From positions 1 through 55,769 of the IMG/VR virus record IMGVR_UViG_3300013137_000025: a stretch of 55,769 nucleotides of DNA; one strand, given 5' to 3'. The translations under genes were made by a program, and so were the position numbers. Shown here piece after piece: positions 1 to 8,703 of this stretch. Position 1 is the stretch's first letter. Each line of letters begins with the position of its first letter. The DNA comes from a virus. Its lineage: Duplodnaviria > Caudoviricetes. The notes beneath the pieces were generated by a model. That model did no database searches and had not been told where the DNA came from. It saw only the letters and a program-made list of their open reading frames with translations.

Positions 1-157
1 CCCAGGACAGGTTCGCCCCGTACAGGGTCGCCCCGGACAGGTCCGCCCCGGACAGGTCCGCCCCGGACAGGTCCGCCCAAGACAGGTCCGCACGCACTCC
101 TCCGTGTTCGTTATTCAGCCACAGGGCATGCAGCCGAAGCACTTTATTGAGGTCCAT
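1..157 (-). CDS. Pentapeptide repeat protein (partial, runs off window start)
   Basis: Manual translation from ATG at 157: MDLNKVLRLHALWLNNEHGGVRADLSWADLSGADLSGADLSGATLYGANLSW; 15-bp tandem repeat at about 1-92 encodes A(D/N)Lxx repeats. Not in the ORF track. Confidence 0.85.
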   Translation of the reverse strand, partial: MDLNKVLRLHALWLNNEHGGVRADLSWADLSGADLSGADLSGATLYGANLSW

Positions 158-217
158 GAGCCTTAAGGTCCGAATTGTCCATGACGTGAACTCCTTTCTG
201 AAATTCAGAAACTTCTG

Positions 218-406
218 TCAATCCCTGGCGTGTATGAGGTCCTGGAAGTCATTGTGTCTTGCAAGCTCTCCCAACTCGACCTCCAGCTCCCGGAACTTGG
301 CCTTGTAGTAGGCCAGATCGCTGGTGAGGTCTGCAACCCTGAGTTCGAGGTCACAGACCTCCCTTGCACGCTGCATCAGCAGGCGCTCCAAGTGGGTTTC
401 ATTCAT
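218..406 (-). CDS. Hypothetical coiled-coil protein
   Basis: Start MNETHL at 406 overlaps stop of upstream gene; heptad-like LELRVADL...LEVELGEL. Confidence 0.6.
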   Translation of the reverse strand: MNETHLERLLMQRAREVCDLELRVADLTSDLAYYKAKFRELEVELGELARHNDFQDLIHARD

Positions 407-770
407 ATGCGGACTCCACGAATTTCCAGACTTCGGGGATGAATTGTAGGACCCGTCCCAGCACCACGTCTGGATACAAGTTGTGATACGTTTCTCCTTC
501 ATGGGTGAGGGACCACCGCAGGCCGTCGTATTCCAGGTCGAATACGATCGAAGTGGCCACCTTCACAGGACGTTTTTCCGTCCTGGCGACCCCTGTCGCC
601 CGTTGACACGCCTCTTTGTTGGCCAGTGGGCCAAGCAGGGTCAGATAGGACTCCTCTATCGACCATCCACCGGTGGGATGCTTGGCCACCCAGCCCCATG
701 ACATGCAGTCCGACTTGGGGTGGTACTCTATGTCGAATTCCACAGATACATCGAAGTGTCTCTTGATCAC
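399..770 (-). CDS. Hypothetical protein
   Basis: 123-aa ORF co-oriented and packed within the leftward array. Confidence 0.65.
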   Translation of the reverse strand: MIKRHFDVSVEFDIEYHPKSDCMSWGWVAKHPTGGWSIEESYLTLLGPLANKEACQRATGVARTEKRPVKVATSIVFDLEYDGLRWSLTHEGETYHNLYPDVVLGRVLQFIPEVWKFVESAYE

Positions 771-786
771 TGTAGCCGTCCGTTTT

Positions 787-1014
787 CTAAAGGTTGGAAT
801 TGTCCCCTCTGGCCTCTTCTAGGACACAGTCCACCAGATCGTCCGAATCCATCAATCCCCAATGCTCATGGCTTCCATCCGGCCGGTCGATGTTGACTGC
901 CACGTATCGGTATACGGGCAGAGCATTGAACTCATGGTCATCCGCCCTGGAGATAGTCACCTTATTTCCATTGGAGAAGGTGATTTCGATCCCGGTTTCG
1001 GTATTCTTGAACAT
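787..1014 (-). CDS. Hypothetical protein
   Basis: 75-aa ORF with AAGGAG RBS upstream. Confidence 0.7.
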   Translation of the reverse strand: MFKNTETGIEITFSNGNKVTISRADDHEFNALPVYRYVAVNIDRPDGSHEHWGLMDSDDLVDCVLEEARGDNSNL

Positions 1015-1137
1015 ACTGTCTCTCCTTCAAGAGTTAAGCCATCCCCAGATGGCCATGGTGATTTTCCACGCCTCTCTCCCGGATACCCAAAACAGGCACC
1101 CGATCATGACTCCAGGGTATTGCCTTCTTTCTGAATT

Positions 1138-1404
1138 TCAGAAACTGTCTTCGGGGATGACTTTCCCGAAGTAGAAATCGAGGAGACACCAGTCCTCGGT
1201 CTCGTCCACGGGGACCAGAGTGTCTCTCGACCCCCGGAATTGGGCGTCCCGGAATGCCTTCCAGGACCGAGACCGGGCCCGCTGGACGTCATTCCAGGCA
1301 TTGGGTACCCGGTTGATCCCATGCCTGACCTTCGGCTGGAACATCTCATCCCCCTCCAGGCTCCGATACCACTGTCTGGTTCCCCTCGGCCTACGCATCA
1401 CCAC
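1138..1404 (-). CDS. Hypothetical basic phage protein
   Basis: AAGGAG RBS right after palindrome 1415-1429; its TGA lies inside palindrome 1129-1143; PNAWND/RSWK motifs resemble a small phage family. Confidence 0.7.
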   Translation of the reverse strand: MVMRRPRGTRQWYRSLEGDEMFQPKVRHGINRVPNAWNDVQRARSRSWKAFRDAQFRGSRDTLVPVDETEDWCLLDFYFGKVIPEDSF

Positions 1405-1446
1405 ATCTCCTTGATTCTGAATTTCAGAAAATCTCTCCGGGAGAGA

Positions 1447-1638
1447 TTACGACACGTATGCCAAACCCAACTGCCTGGCGATCTGTCGCTTAGCTCCCCT
1501 CGTCAAAGATGTGTTGCGAAGCTGAGCACGAAGCTCCGACTCCCGAATTGCCCCGTAGTTAACAGGGACCGGCTTCCCGAAGACCCTGAACATTGGGTTC
1601 GGGATGCCCCTGGGTGAAGACCCCCAATCAATTCTCAT
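1447..1638 (-). CDS. Hypothetical protein
   Basis: 63-aa ORF overlapping the upstream gene end. Confidence 0.5.
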   Translation of the reverse strand: MRIDWGSSPRGIPNPMFRVFGKPVPVNYGAIRESELRAQLRNTSLTRGAKRQIARQLGLAYVS

Positions 1639-1840
1639 CGTCGTCCTCCATCAACCGAGGGAGTTCGATGATCAGAAACATGCCGCCCAGGATAGCCCCG
1701 ATCATGGACCCGAGGATCCACAATGGCCGGAGCATGGGATTCCAGGGCCAGATACCCAGGGCCCCCTCGAAGGCGGCTCCCAGGAACAGGGAGATCAATG
1801 CCCCGATCCCCACGGCTCGGGTGAGTCCAGAGAGTTTCAT
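1628..1840 (-). CDS. Small membrane protein (2 TM)
   Basis: Two hydrophobic segments and acidic tail; AGAAGG RBS after palindrome 1854-1868. Confidence 0.7.
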   Translation of the reverse strand: MKLSGLTRAVGIGALISLFLGAAFEGALGIWPWNPMLRPLWILGSMIGAILGGMFLIIELPRLMEDDDEN

Positions 1841-1862
1841 GTATCAACCTTCTTTCTGAATT

Positions 1863-2189
1863 TCAGAAATTCCTCACCAGTCCCATGCATCCTATCGGCC
1901 GACCCTTCTCGTCCCGAATTAACTCTCCGGGAGAGAACACATCCCCCCGGTTGGGGACCGCCAGTCTCACCTGGGTGGACACCACCCACCCCACCCCCTC
2001 CTTGGGCTCGGGAAGGAATTCCACCTCCCCCACCCTCTGGGTGAAGATGTCCACCGTCGTCCCAGTCGGAAACTCGACTAAGATGTTCTCCGTCTCCACC
2101 CGAGCCTCGACTCCCGAGGGAACCAACACCATCCGGCCCCGCTGGGAGTGAACCACAATCTCATGCTTCGTCAGGTTCACGAATTCCAT
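1863..2189 (-). CDS. NLTxH-family protein, putative Crn4-like ring nuclease
   Basis: N-terminal VNLTKH, PSG..AR, LPEP, VVS, RGD, RDEKGRPIGC; AGGAGG RBS; stop inside palindrome 1854-1868. Family link recalled, not searched. Confidence 0.55.
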   Translation of the reverse strand: MEFVNLTKHEIVVHSQRGRMVLVPSGVEARVETENILVEFPTGTTVDIFTQRVGEVEFLPEPKEGVGWVVSTQVRLAVPNRGDVFSPGELIRDEKGRPIGCMGLVRNF

Positions 2190-2354
2190 AAGTCCTCCTA
2201 TTTCAAATCCCGACCATCCCGATCAAGATTCCAAGGTTTGGAATAACTACCCATCACCCACGATACCCAGAGGGTTAGGGTAATAATTATTCGAGAACTT
2301 CGGAGATTCGGGGAATTAGTTTAATCCCCTGATGAATACCCCAAGGTAACGCAG

Positions 2355-2401
2355 GGAGGGCCCAAACTTCGAGCCCCCCCATTCTGACTGCTCGGTCAGA
2401 A
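2355..2401 (-). terminator. Possible terminator hairpins after the 2396-2581 gene
   Basis: TTCTGAC-N6-GTCAGAA inverted repeat (2382-2401) next to a GC-rich stem GGGGGCTCGAAGTTTGGGCCCTCC on minus strand; no clear U-tract. Confidence 0.35.
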
Positions 2402-2581
2402 GTTGACCAGGACACCCACGGCGTTCGGGTGGGCCTGGCGGTACTTCGCCCGGCTCGCCGCCCTCTTGGCCAACTTGGCCACCCGAGCCTTCTGCTCCTC
2501 TACCCGAGCCCTCTGCCTCGCCTCGAAGTCCGCCAACATCATGCTACGCAGCTGGGACAGCTTCCCATTGGCGTCCATCAT
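2396..2581 (-). CDS. Hypothetical basic helical protein
   Basis: GGAGG RBS after palindrome 2597-2611; Arg/Lys/Ala-rich. Confidence 0.7.
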   Translation of the reverse strand: MMDANGKLSQLRSMMLADFEARQRARVEEQKARVAKLAKRAASRAKYRQAHPNAVGVLVNF

Positions 2582-2703
2582 TCAACCCTCCACTTATTCT
2601 GAAATTCAGAATCTTGGCGTTCCCAAGTCCTTGAATTCCAGAGGTTTCCGACTTCCCCCCGGAGGGGGATTCACCCAGGAACCACCTGGGATCATCAGGC
2701 CGG

Positions 2704-2937
2704 TTAGAGGATCGAGGAATCAGGGAGGTTCGGCACCCCGAGAGCATACAGGGTATTCTGGCTCCTGGCGATCATGCAACCAGGAGTCTGATCACCGAAT
2801 TCCATGGCGACCAGGGGACTGGTGATTGCCCGGTGACCATCCGGGAGCCGGGGGTGGTCGTAAACGATCCCCTCCAGGCAGATCCCATGGTCCGGAAAGT
2901 TGATCGTGGACCACTTTTCCATCAATGCGATGACCAT
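2704..2937 (-). CDS. Conserved phage-type hypothetical protein
   Basis: LEGIVYDHPRLPDG..ITS..NTLYALG pattern; AGAGG RBS after palindrome 2950-2964. Confidence 0.7.
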   Translation of the reverse strand: MVIALMEKWSTINFPDHGICLEGIVYDHPRLPDGHRAITSPLVAMEFGDQTPGCMIARSQNTLYALGVPNLPDSSIL

Positions 2938-3016
2938 GGTAAGCCCTCTTTCTGAATTTCAGAATTACGGTCCAAGTGTATATTTCGGCTCCCCGACTAT
3001 CGGGGGTCCGTGGAGC

Positions 3017-3325
3017 AAGTGAATATTGATGCCCGAAAACCGGGGGGTTTATCGGACGAGTGGATAGGAAATGCACAGATGACGTATAATTGGGGGTTTT
3101 TGCCCCCAACCGAAGTGTATATTCCCCTTTCCTCCCGAATCGTCCTTCCTGAACCCCTTGGAACCTGGACTGGGACCACCGAAAAAGTGGATATTTCGAT
3201 GTTCCACAGTCGTTTCTGCATATTGCCCGATCTTGAACCCCCGAATTGTCGACCTTCGACGGCCCGAAGTGAATATCGATGCCCCAAAACACGGGGTTCT
3301 ATCGGGCACCTGGATAGGAAATGCA
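3017..3325 (+). repeat. Imperfect 59-bp direct repeat (3017-3075 and 3267-3325) with AAGTG(A/T/G)ATAT decamers
   Basis: Both copies begin AAGTGAATAT and end TGGATAGGAAATGCA; decamer also at 2974, 3113, 3185. Confidence 0.8.
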
Positions 3326-3444
3326 ATCCAGGAATATCTGGGGGCAATTCGCTCTGAATAAGCGAATCGAATTACCCCCGTGAAACATCACAGGAGATGC
3401 ACTAAGTTAGCCTCATCTCCTGATCCGGGGATTCCGAATTGTCC

Positions 3445-3612
3445 CTACTTTTCGAGAGAAACGAACACCCGAGCGCTGGAGACACCTTTCTCTTCCCGCC
3501 GAGAGGCGGCGAACTGCTCCGCCTCTTCCGACGACCGGAAATAGAATACCTGGTCATTGGTCCAATAGAAACTGATGACCACGACAAAGTCGAATTCGAA
3601 TTCGAACGTCAT
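3445..3612 (-). CDS. Hypothetical protein
   Basis: Start MTFEFEF at 3612 with GGAGG RBS after palindrome 3630-3644. Confidence 0.65.
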   Translation of the reverse strand: MTFEFEFDFVVVISFYWTNDQVFYFRSSEEAEQFAASRREEKGVSSARVFVSLEK

Positions 3613-3689
3613 TCTCACCCTCCACTTCTTTCTGAATTTCAGAATCTCCTGATCCACGGAATTATGGACCAGGGGAGCCCGAATTGCCC

Positions 3690-3875
3690 CTACCTGACCA
3701 CCACAGGACGGACATAGTCGTCATGGTCGACGACCAGCAGGCCGGGGGAGTAGACCGAGATCATCCGCAGGATCTTGTACCCGTCCTTGGGGAGGAACAT
3801 CGTCCCCAAGGGACCGGTGAATACATGAACGTCCAACCCCTTCTCGACCTTATCAAACTCGAAGATCATTGTCAC
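3690..3875 (-). CDS. Hypothetical protein
   Basis: AGGAGG RBS after palindrome 3887-3901. Confidence 0.7.
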   Translation of the reverse strand: MTMIFEFDKVEKGLDVHVFTGPLGTMFLPKDGYKILRMISVYSPGLLVVDHDDYVRPVVVR

Positions 3876-4286
3876 CCTCCTCTTCTTTCTGAATTTCAGA
3901 ATTATCTGGGCTCTCCAGAAGTTTCTGAATTTCAGAATTACCAGGCATTCCGAATTAGGCAGAGGTATCCCCCCCCGGTCCAGCCAGGGTGGACCCTATT
4001 CGGAATTACCCAAGGGGATTCGGATTCCGAATTATCCAGGTGATTATCCACCCGAATTACCCGGCATGTGAGCCCCCTATCGCCCCAGGTCACTTGGCGG
4101 TTCCAGGTCTTTACCTGGGGCAAGTCCGCCCGGTCGACATCGACCACAGACCGTATTCAGGATCCAATCCGGATCCGCATACGCATATCCATATCCACGT
4201 ATTCCGCATATTCGCATAAATGCAGACGCCTCGGATATCTCTGAAATTCAGAATATCCGAGGCGCCTGGCACGACTTTTGCCGCAG

Positions 4287-5294
<1,008 letters not shown>

Positions 5295-5403
5295 TGCGAC
5301 CAACTCCCGACTCGGTCCCACTGTCAACCTTCCTTGCTTTGGCCGGGTTCGCGCGCGGCAGTTTGCCGCTTGCCCCCCGACCTCCCTTACAACGTGTCCA
5401 CTA

Positions 5404-5432
5404 AAGATAAGCATTCGCCAGCCCCTTGTCAA
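5404..5432 (-). promoter_or_regulatory. Sigma70-type promoter for the leftward array
   Basis: TTGACA (5432-5427) - 17 nt - TATCTT (5409-5404). Confidence 0.7.
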
Positions 5433-5438
5433 GCCTCC

Positions 5439-5504
5439 CGGCGGCAGCCGGCGGCAACCCCAGCCGGCGGCAGCCGGCGGCAACCAGCGGCAGCCGGCGG
5501 CAGC
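5439..5504. repeat. Degenerate 9-10 bp tandem repeat (C)CGGCGGCAG
   Basis: About 6 units just upstream of the promoter. Confidence 0.7.
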
Positions 5505-6072
5505 GTTACCGAATTGCCGAATCCCCCAGCCCCCGTTCTTTCCGAATTCCGGAAAGACGAGAAACTTGGACCCCAGCCCTTGACAGATCCAGGTGGATGT
5601 AAAATCCAGATTTGGAAAAACGCTGTACGCTACCTCATCCTTTTGAAGTCGAAATCCGTACACCCCCTCCCCGAATTCTCGAATCCCCCAATCATGGTTT
5701 CCCCCCGGAATATCTGTTCCCCAATTCTCTTTCCCCGAATGTCTAATTCTCTATTCCTCTGGGGTTTCTAAATCTCTGAATTGCTGTGGGGTTATCTGGG
5801 TTATCTCTCCCTGGATTCTCTGGTTCCTTTTGGACGACATAGTTGTCCTTGGGTTCTATATTCCTCTTTGGATGGCCTCTGAATCGTCTTTACCTGTGTG
5901 GAGGGGTGACTGCTTCTGAACGCGAAGTTCTCTTTTTCGCGGGGATGATTTGATTATTGGTTCTCCTTTTTGGGAGGAGAAATTGGAAATTGGTAAACCG
6001 AGGGGGAATGTATTATGGATAGACATCGGTTACATGTGGTTTGGAGTTCACATTCCGGCCGGAGGGAGGGGA

Positions 6073-6477
6073 ATGGATGGGGATTGTGATGTGAAGGTAT
6101 GGATTGATTGGGAGTGGATGAGGATAGAGGTGTCGGGGGATGGGGATCGGCGGGTGGTGGTGTTTAGTGAGGCGTTTATGGAGAGGCTGAGGGGATGTGC
6201 GCAGCGCACCACGATGGTGGTATTGTCGAAGGTGTTGAAGTCATTGGGGGCTATGGGGATGATGGTGGATGATGTGGTGCAGTTGGATGAGTTATCGCGG
6301 TGGTATGGATTGGAGAGGGGGGAGGATGGGGAGTGGGATTGGGGGAAGGTGGCATGGGGGGATGATCGGGATTTGACGGTGTGGTGGTTTATGGATGGGG
6401 GGTTGGGGATGGCGGGGGTGGGCAAGGTATTGGGGTTATTGGACCGGGTAGTGAGGGAGATGGAGAAGGGGTTGTGA
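6073..6477 (+). CDS. Hypothetical protein
   Basis: ATG 6073 after GGAGG; first gene of the rightward block. Confidence 0.6.
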   Translation: MDGDCDVKVWIDWEWMRIEVSGDGDRRVVVFSEAFMERLRGCAQRTTMVVLSKVLKSLGAMGMMVDDVVQLDELSRWYGLERGEDGEWDWGKVAWGDDRDLTVWWFMDGGLGMAGVGKVLGLLDRVVREMEKGL

Positions 6478-7328
6478 GGGTGATTGTGGGGTTGAGTGGT
6501 GGAAAGGCGTCGGCGTGGTGTGCTGGGTGGGCGTTAAGGAACTTCCCCAAGGAAGGGGTAGTTTTCTATTTCAATGATACCAAGTGGGAGCACCGGGATC
6601 TGTATAGATTTATTGATGATCTGTCAAGATATTTTGATCATCCTATTACAGTGGATTCGGATGGAAGGAGTCCTGAGGATTTGTTTCGTGAATACAGAGT
6701 ATTGGCTAGTAGTAGGATGCCGTTTTGCACCAGGATTCTGAAGGCCCAGAGGCTTCAGGTATTTTATGAGGATGGGGATGTGTTAGTTTTCGGTATAGAT
6801 TCCAGGGAACCGGAGAGGGCGAAAAATCTGGAGAGAATTTATTCGATGGTGGCTATTAAAACCGGGAAGAAATGTCAGTTGAGGTTTCCCCTTATAGAGG
6901 AGCGGGTTACAAGGGATCAGGTGGATGAATTTATCAAGAGCACGGGCATCTTGGAGCCACAGATGTATCGATTGGGGTTCTTGCATAACAACTGCTCGGG
7001 TGGGTGTGTTAGGGCGGGGAAGAGACAATGGAAGATGCTGTATGAGAAGCTCCCCGAGGTATATGCTGAGAGGGAGAGGGTGGAGAGGGAGCTTGGTGAG
7101 TTGTTGGGGAAGAAGGTGTCTTTCTTAAGGGGAGAGACCTTAGAGGAGTTCAGGGGGAAGATTGAGAGAAAGTCCTTATCATCCTATTACTACGACGATA
7201 CGTGTAGTGGTAGGGAGTATTGGAAGCTGGTGAGCAGGTATGAGGCTGATAAGAAAAAGAAGGCGGCCCCTCGTCCAACCCGTGGGAAGAAGGGGTTTGT
7301 GCGTAGAAGATTTGGGATTGGGAAATAA
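6474..7328 (+). CDS. PAPS-reductase-like / adenine nucleotide alpha-hydrolase (PP-loop) protein
   Basis: GTG start overlapping upstream TGA; VIVGLSGGKAS PP-loop, CTRILK, FPL, HNNCSGGCVRAG Cys cluster. Confidence 0.8.
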   Translation: MRVIVGLSGGKASAWCAGWALRNFPKEGVVFYFNDTKWEHRDLYRFIDDLSRYFDHPITVDSDGRSPEDLFREYRVLASSRMPFCTRILKAQRLQVFYEDGDVLVFGIDSREPERAKNLERIYSMVAIKTGKKCQLRFPLIEERVTRDQVDEFIKSTGILEPQMYRLGFLHNNCSGGCVRAGKRQWKMLYEKLPEVYAERERVERELGELLGKKVSFLRGETLEEFRGKIERKSLSSYYYDDTCSGREYWKLVSRYEADKKKKAAPRPTRGKKGFVRRRFGIGK

Positions 7329-7339
7329 GGAGAGAGATA

Positions 7340-7666
7340 ATGCGCATAGGCGAGGTCGTGATGGCGTTGTTGGGGGGAGGGAAGAAGGCTGGGCCTCTGG
7401 AGGAAGTGGAGTCACCGCCCCCTGCTCCGGCCGTGGACGAGTTGACCTTGGTAATCCATCTGAGGAATGGCCTAAAGAGGACCTATACAGCACAGATAGG
7501 GAAAACTGACCAGAAGATTGAGGCGGATTTAAATGTTCATTATCCCCAGTTGTGGGAGGAGTTGGAGGGGAATGGGAAGTCGGTATTGTTTCAATACAAC
7601 GAAGGGGAGGATTGGTTTTTGAGGGAGGAGATTGTCCTCGTCACCCTGAATTTGAAGAGGGGGTGA
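7340..7666 (+). CDS. Hypothetical protein
   Basis: AAGGAG RBS; operonic. Confidence 0.7.
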   Translation: MRIGEVVMALLGGGKKAGPLEEVESPPPAPAVDELTLVIHLRNGLKRTYTAQIGKTDQKIEADLNVHYPQLWEELEGNGKSVLFQYNEGEDWFLREEIVLVTLNLKRG

Positions 7667-7670
7667 TGGA

Positions 7671-8090
7671 ATGAGTGATACGAAGAGGTATGTTCTTGTT
7701 TATGCTGGGTTGGATAAAAAGGGCAATGCCGACAACAGGTATTTTGTTGGCCAGAATCTCTACCTTGGCATAGCCAATATAACGGATAGCCTGGAGTTGG
7801 CCACTATCATGTCTCTTGAGGAAGCGGAGAAGGTCTGGGGTTTGATGGCGGCAAAGAAGGATTGGCAGATTTGGTCTATAAGGGACAGCATTGTTCTTTA
7901 CGAGGAGTCGGATAGGCACTTGCTTATGGAGAAGCGCAAGAGGCTATCGGAGGAGTTGATGTCGATAGATCTCCAGCTTAATAAGAACTCAGACGGGCAT
8001 GGGGAGCGCCCACAGATATCTCCTGAGAATATGAGAAAGATGATAAATACTACCAGTGTTACGACGGACCAGGCTGGGTCTGTGGAGTGA
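7671..8090 (+). CDS. Hypothetical protein
   Basis: 139-aa operonic ORF. Confidence 0.7.
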   Translation: MSDTKRYVLVYAGLDKKGNADNRYFVGQNLYLGIANITDSLELATIMSLEEAEKVWGLMAAKKDWQIWSIRDSIVLYEESDRHLLMEKRKRLSEELMSIDLQLNKNSDGHGERPQISPENMRKMINTTSVTTDQAGSVE

Positions 8091-8098
8091 GGAAATTC

Positions 8099-8239
8099 GG
8101 GATGGACCTGATAGTGGGACGCCACGAACGCGCCTGTTCGAATCGTCTAAGGTGAAACCTGTGCACAGCGGACGCCGTGTACTACGGTCGGGAGATCGGG
8201 GAGGAGCATGACCTCCGGCGGGTGTTTCAGGTCCATCCC
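8099..8239 (+). ncRNA. Candidate structured non-coding RNA, family unknown
   Basis: Intergenic; perfect 13-bp closing stem GGGATGGACCTGA/TCAGGTCCATCCC enclosing CGCC/GGCG and five hairpins, including a GGGA tetraloop. Confidence 0.65.
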
Positions 8240-8289
8240 ATTGGATCATATGGGAACTTTCACTCTCCAAGGGCTGGAAAGGAGTGGCG

Positions 8290-8703
8290 ATGAACCTATT
8301 CACTGCGGAATATTGGGCCAAACATTTTGAACGAATGGAATACGAAGATGGCATTTATCCCAGTGAATCGGACGCCATGATGATTGATGATGTAGCAATC
8401 TTGTATGTGGATCACCTTGGGATGATCCAAATGGAGGGGGCGCGGAGGGGGTCGTTTATCGTTCCCCTAAAGGGTTACCGTAAGGTGAGGGACCTGGAGG
8501 TAGCGATTTCCTTCCGGCCCTGTAAAGAGGGGTTTTGTGGCTCGATTTGGACTGTCGATACCCAAGGAATCGGGTTCTCCTTCCTTGTGCTAAGGGCCGG
8601 CAAGCCTTATGTTTATGGGGTGGCATTGGAGGGCAAGTATCTGGGCCCCATGAACGAAGACGAGGAGGAGGCTCTTGATGCACTCAATGAACGTAGAGGC
8701 TGA
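8290..8703 (+). CDS. Hypothetical protein
   Basis: AAGGAG RBS; ATG 8290. Confidence 0.7.
   Translation: MNLFTAEYWAKHFERMEYEDGIYPSESDAMMIDDVAILYVDHLGMIQMEGARRGSFIVPLKGYRKVRDLEVAISFRPCKEGFCGSIWTVDTQGIGFSFLVLRAGKPYVYGVALEGKYLGPMNEDEEEALDALNERRG

Larger units (their letters stand above)
196..4253. repeat. Dispersed 15-bp palindrome TTCTGAA(A/T)TTCAGAA, 9 exact copies plus 1 single-mismatch copy
   Basis: Copies at 196-210, 1129-1143, 1415-1429, 1854-1868, 2597-2611, 2950-2964, 3630-3644, 3887-3901, 3923-3937 and 4239-4253 (CTCTGAAATTCAGAA). Confidence 0.95.

Noticed and set aside
1-92. 15-bp tandem repeat as a DNA element
   Set aside because: Explained by pentapeptide (ADLSG) coding
1415-1433. 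CodY-box (AATTTTCWGAAAATT) resemblance
   Set aside because: Shares the TTCWGAA core, but this copy still has 3 mismatches and the invariant unit is a different 15-bp palindrome; host unknown, so not called
196-4253. CRISPR array interpretation of the 15-bp repeats
   Set aside because: Repeat too short, spacing irregular (36-933 bp), intervals contain whole genes, no cas genes
5580-5605. Rightward promoter TTGACA...TAAAAT
   Set aside because: Spacer only 14 nt
8130-8150. tRNA (GTTCGAATC T-loop)
   Set aside because: No 5-bp T stem, cloverleaf or acceptor stem could be built
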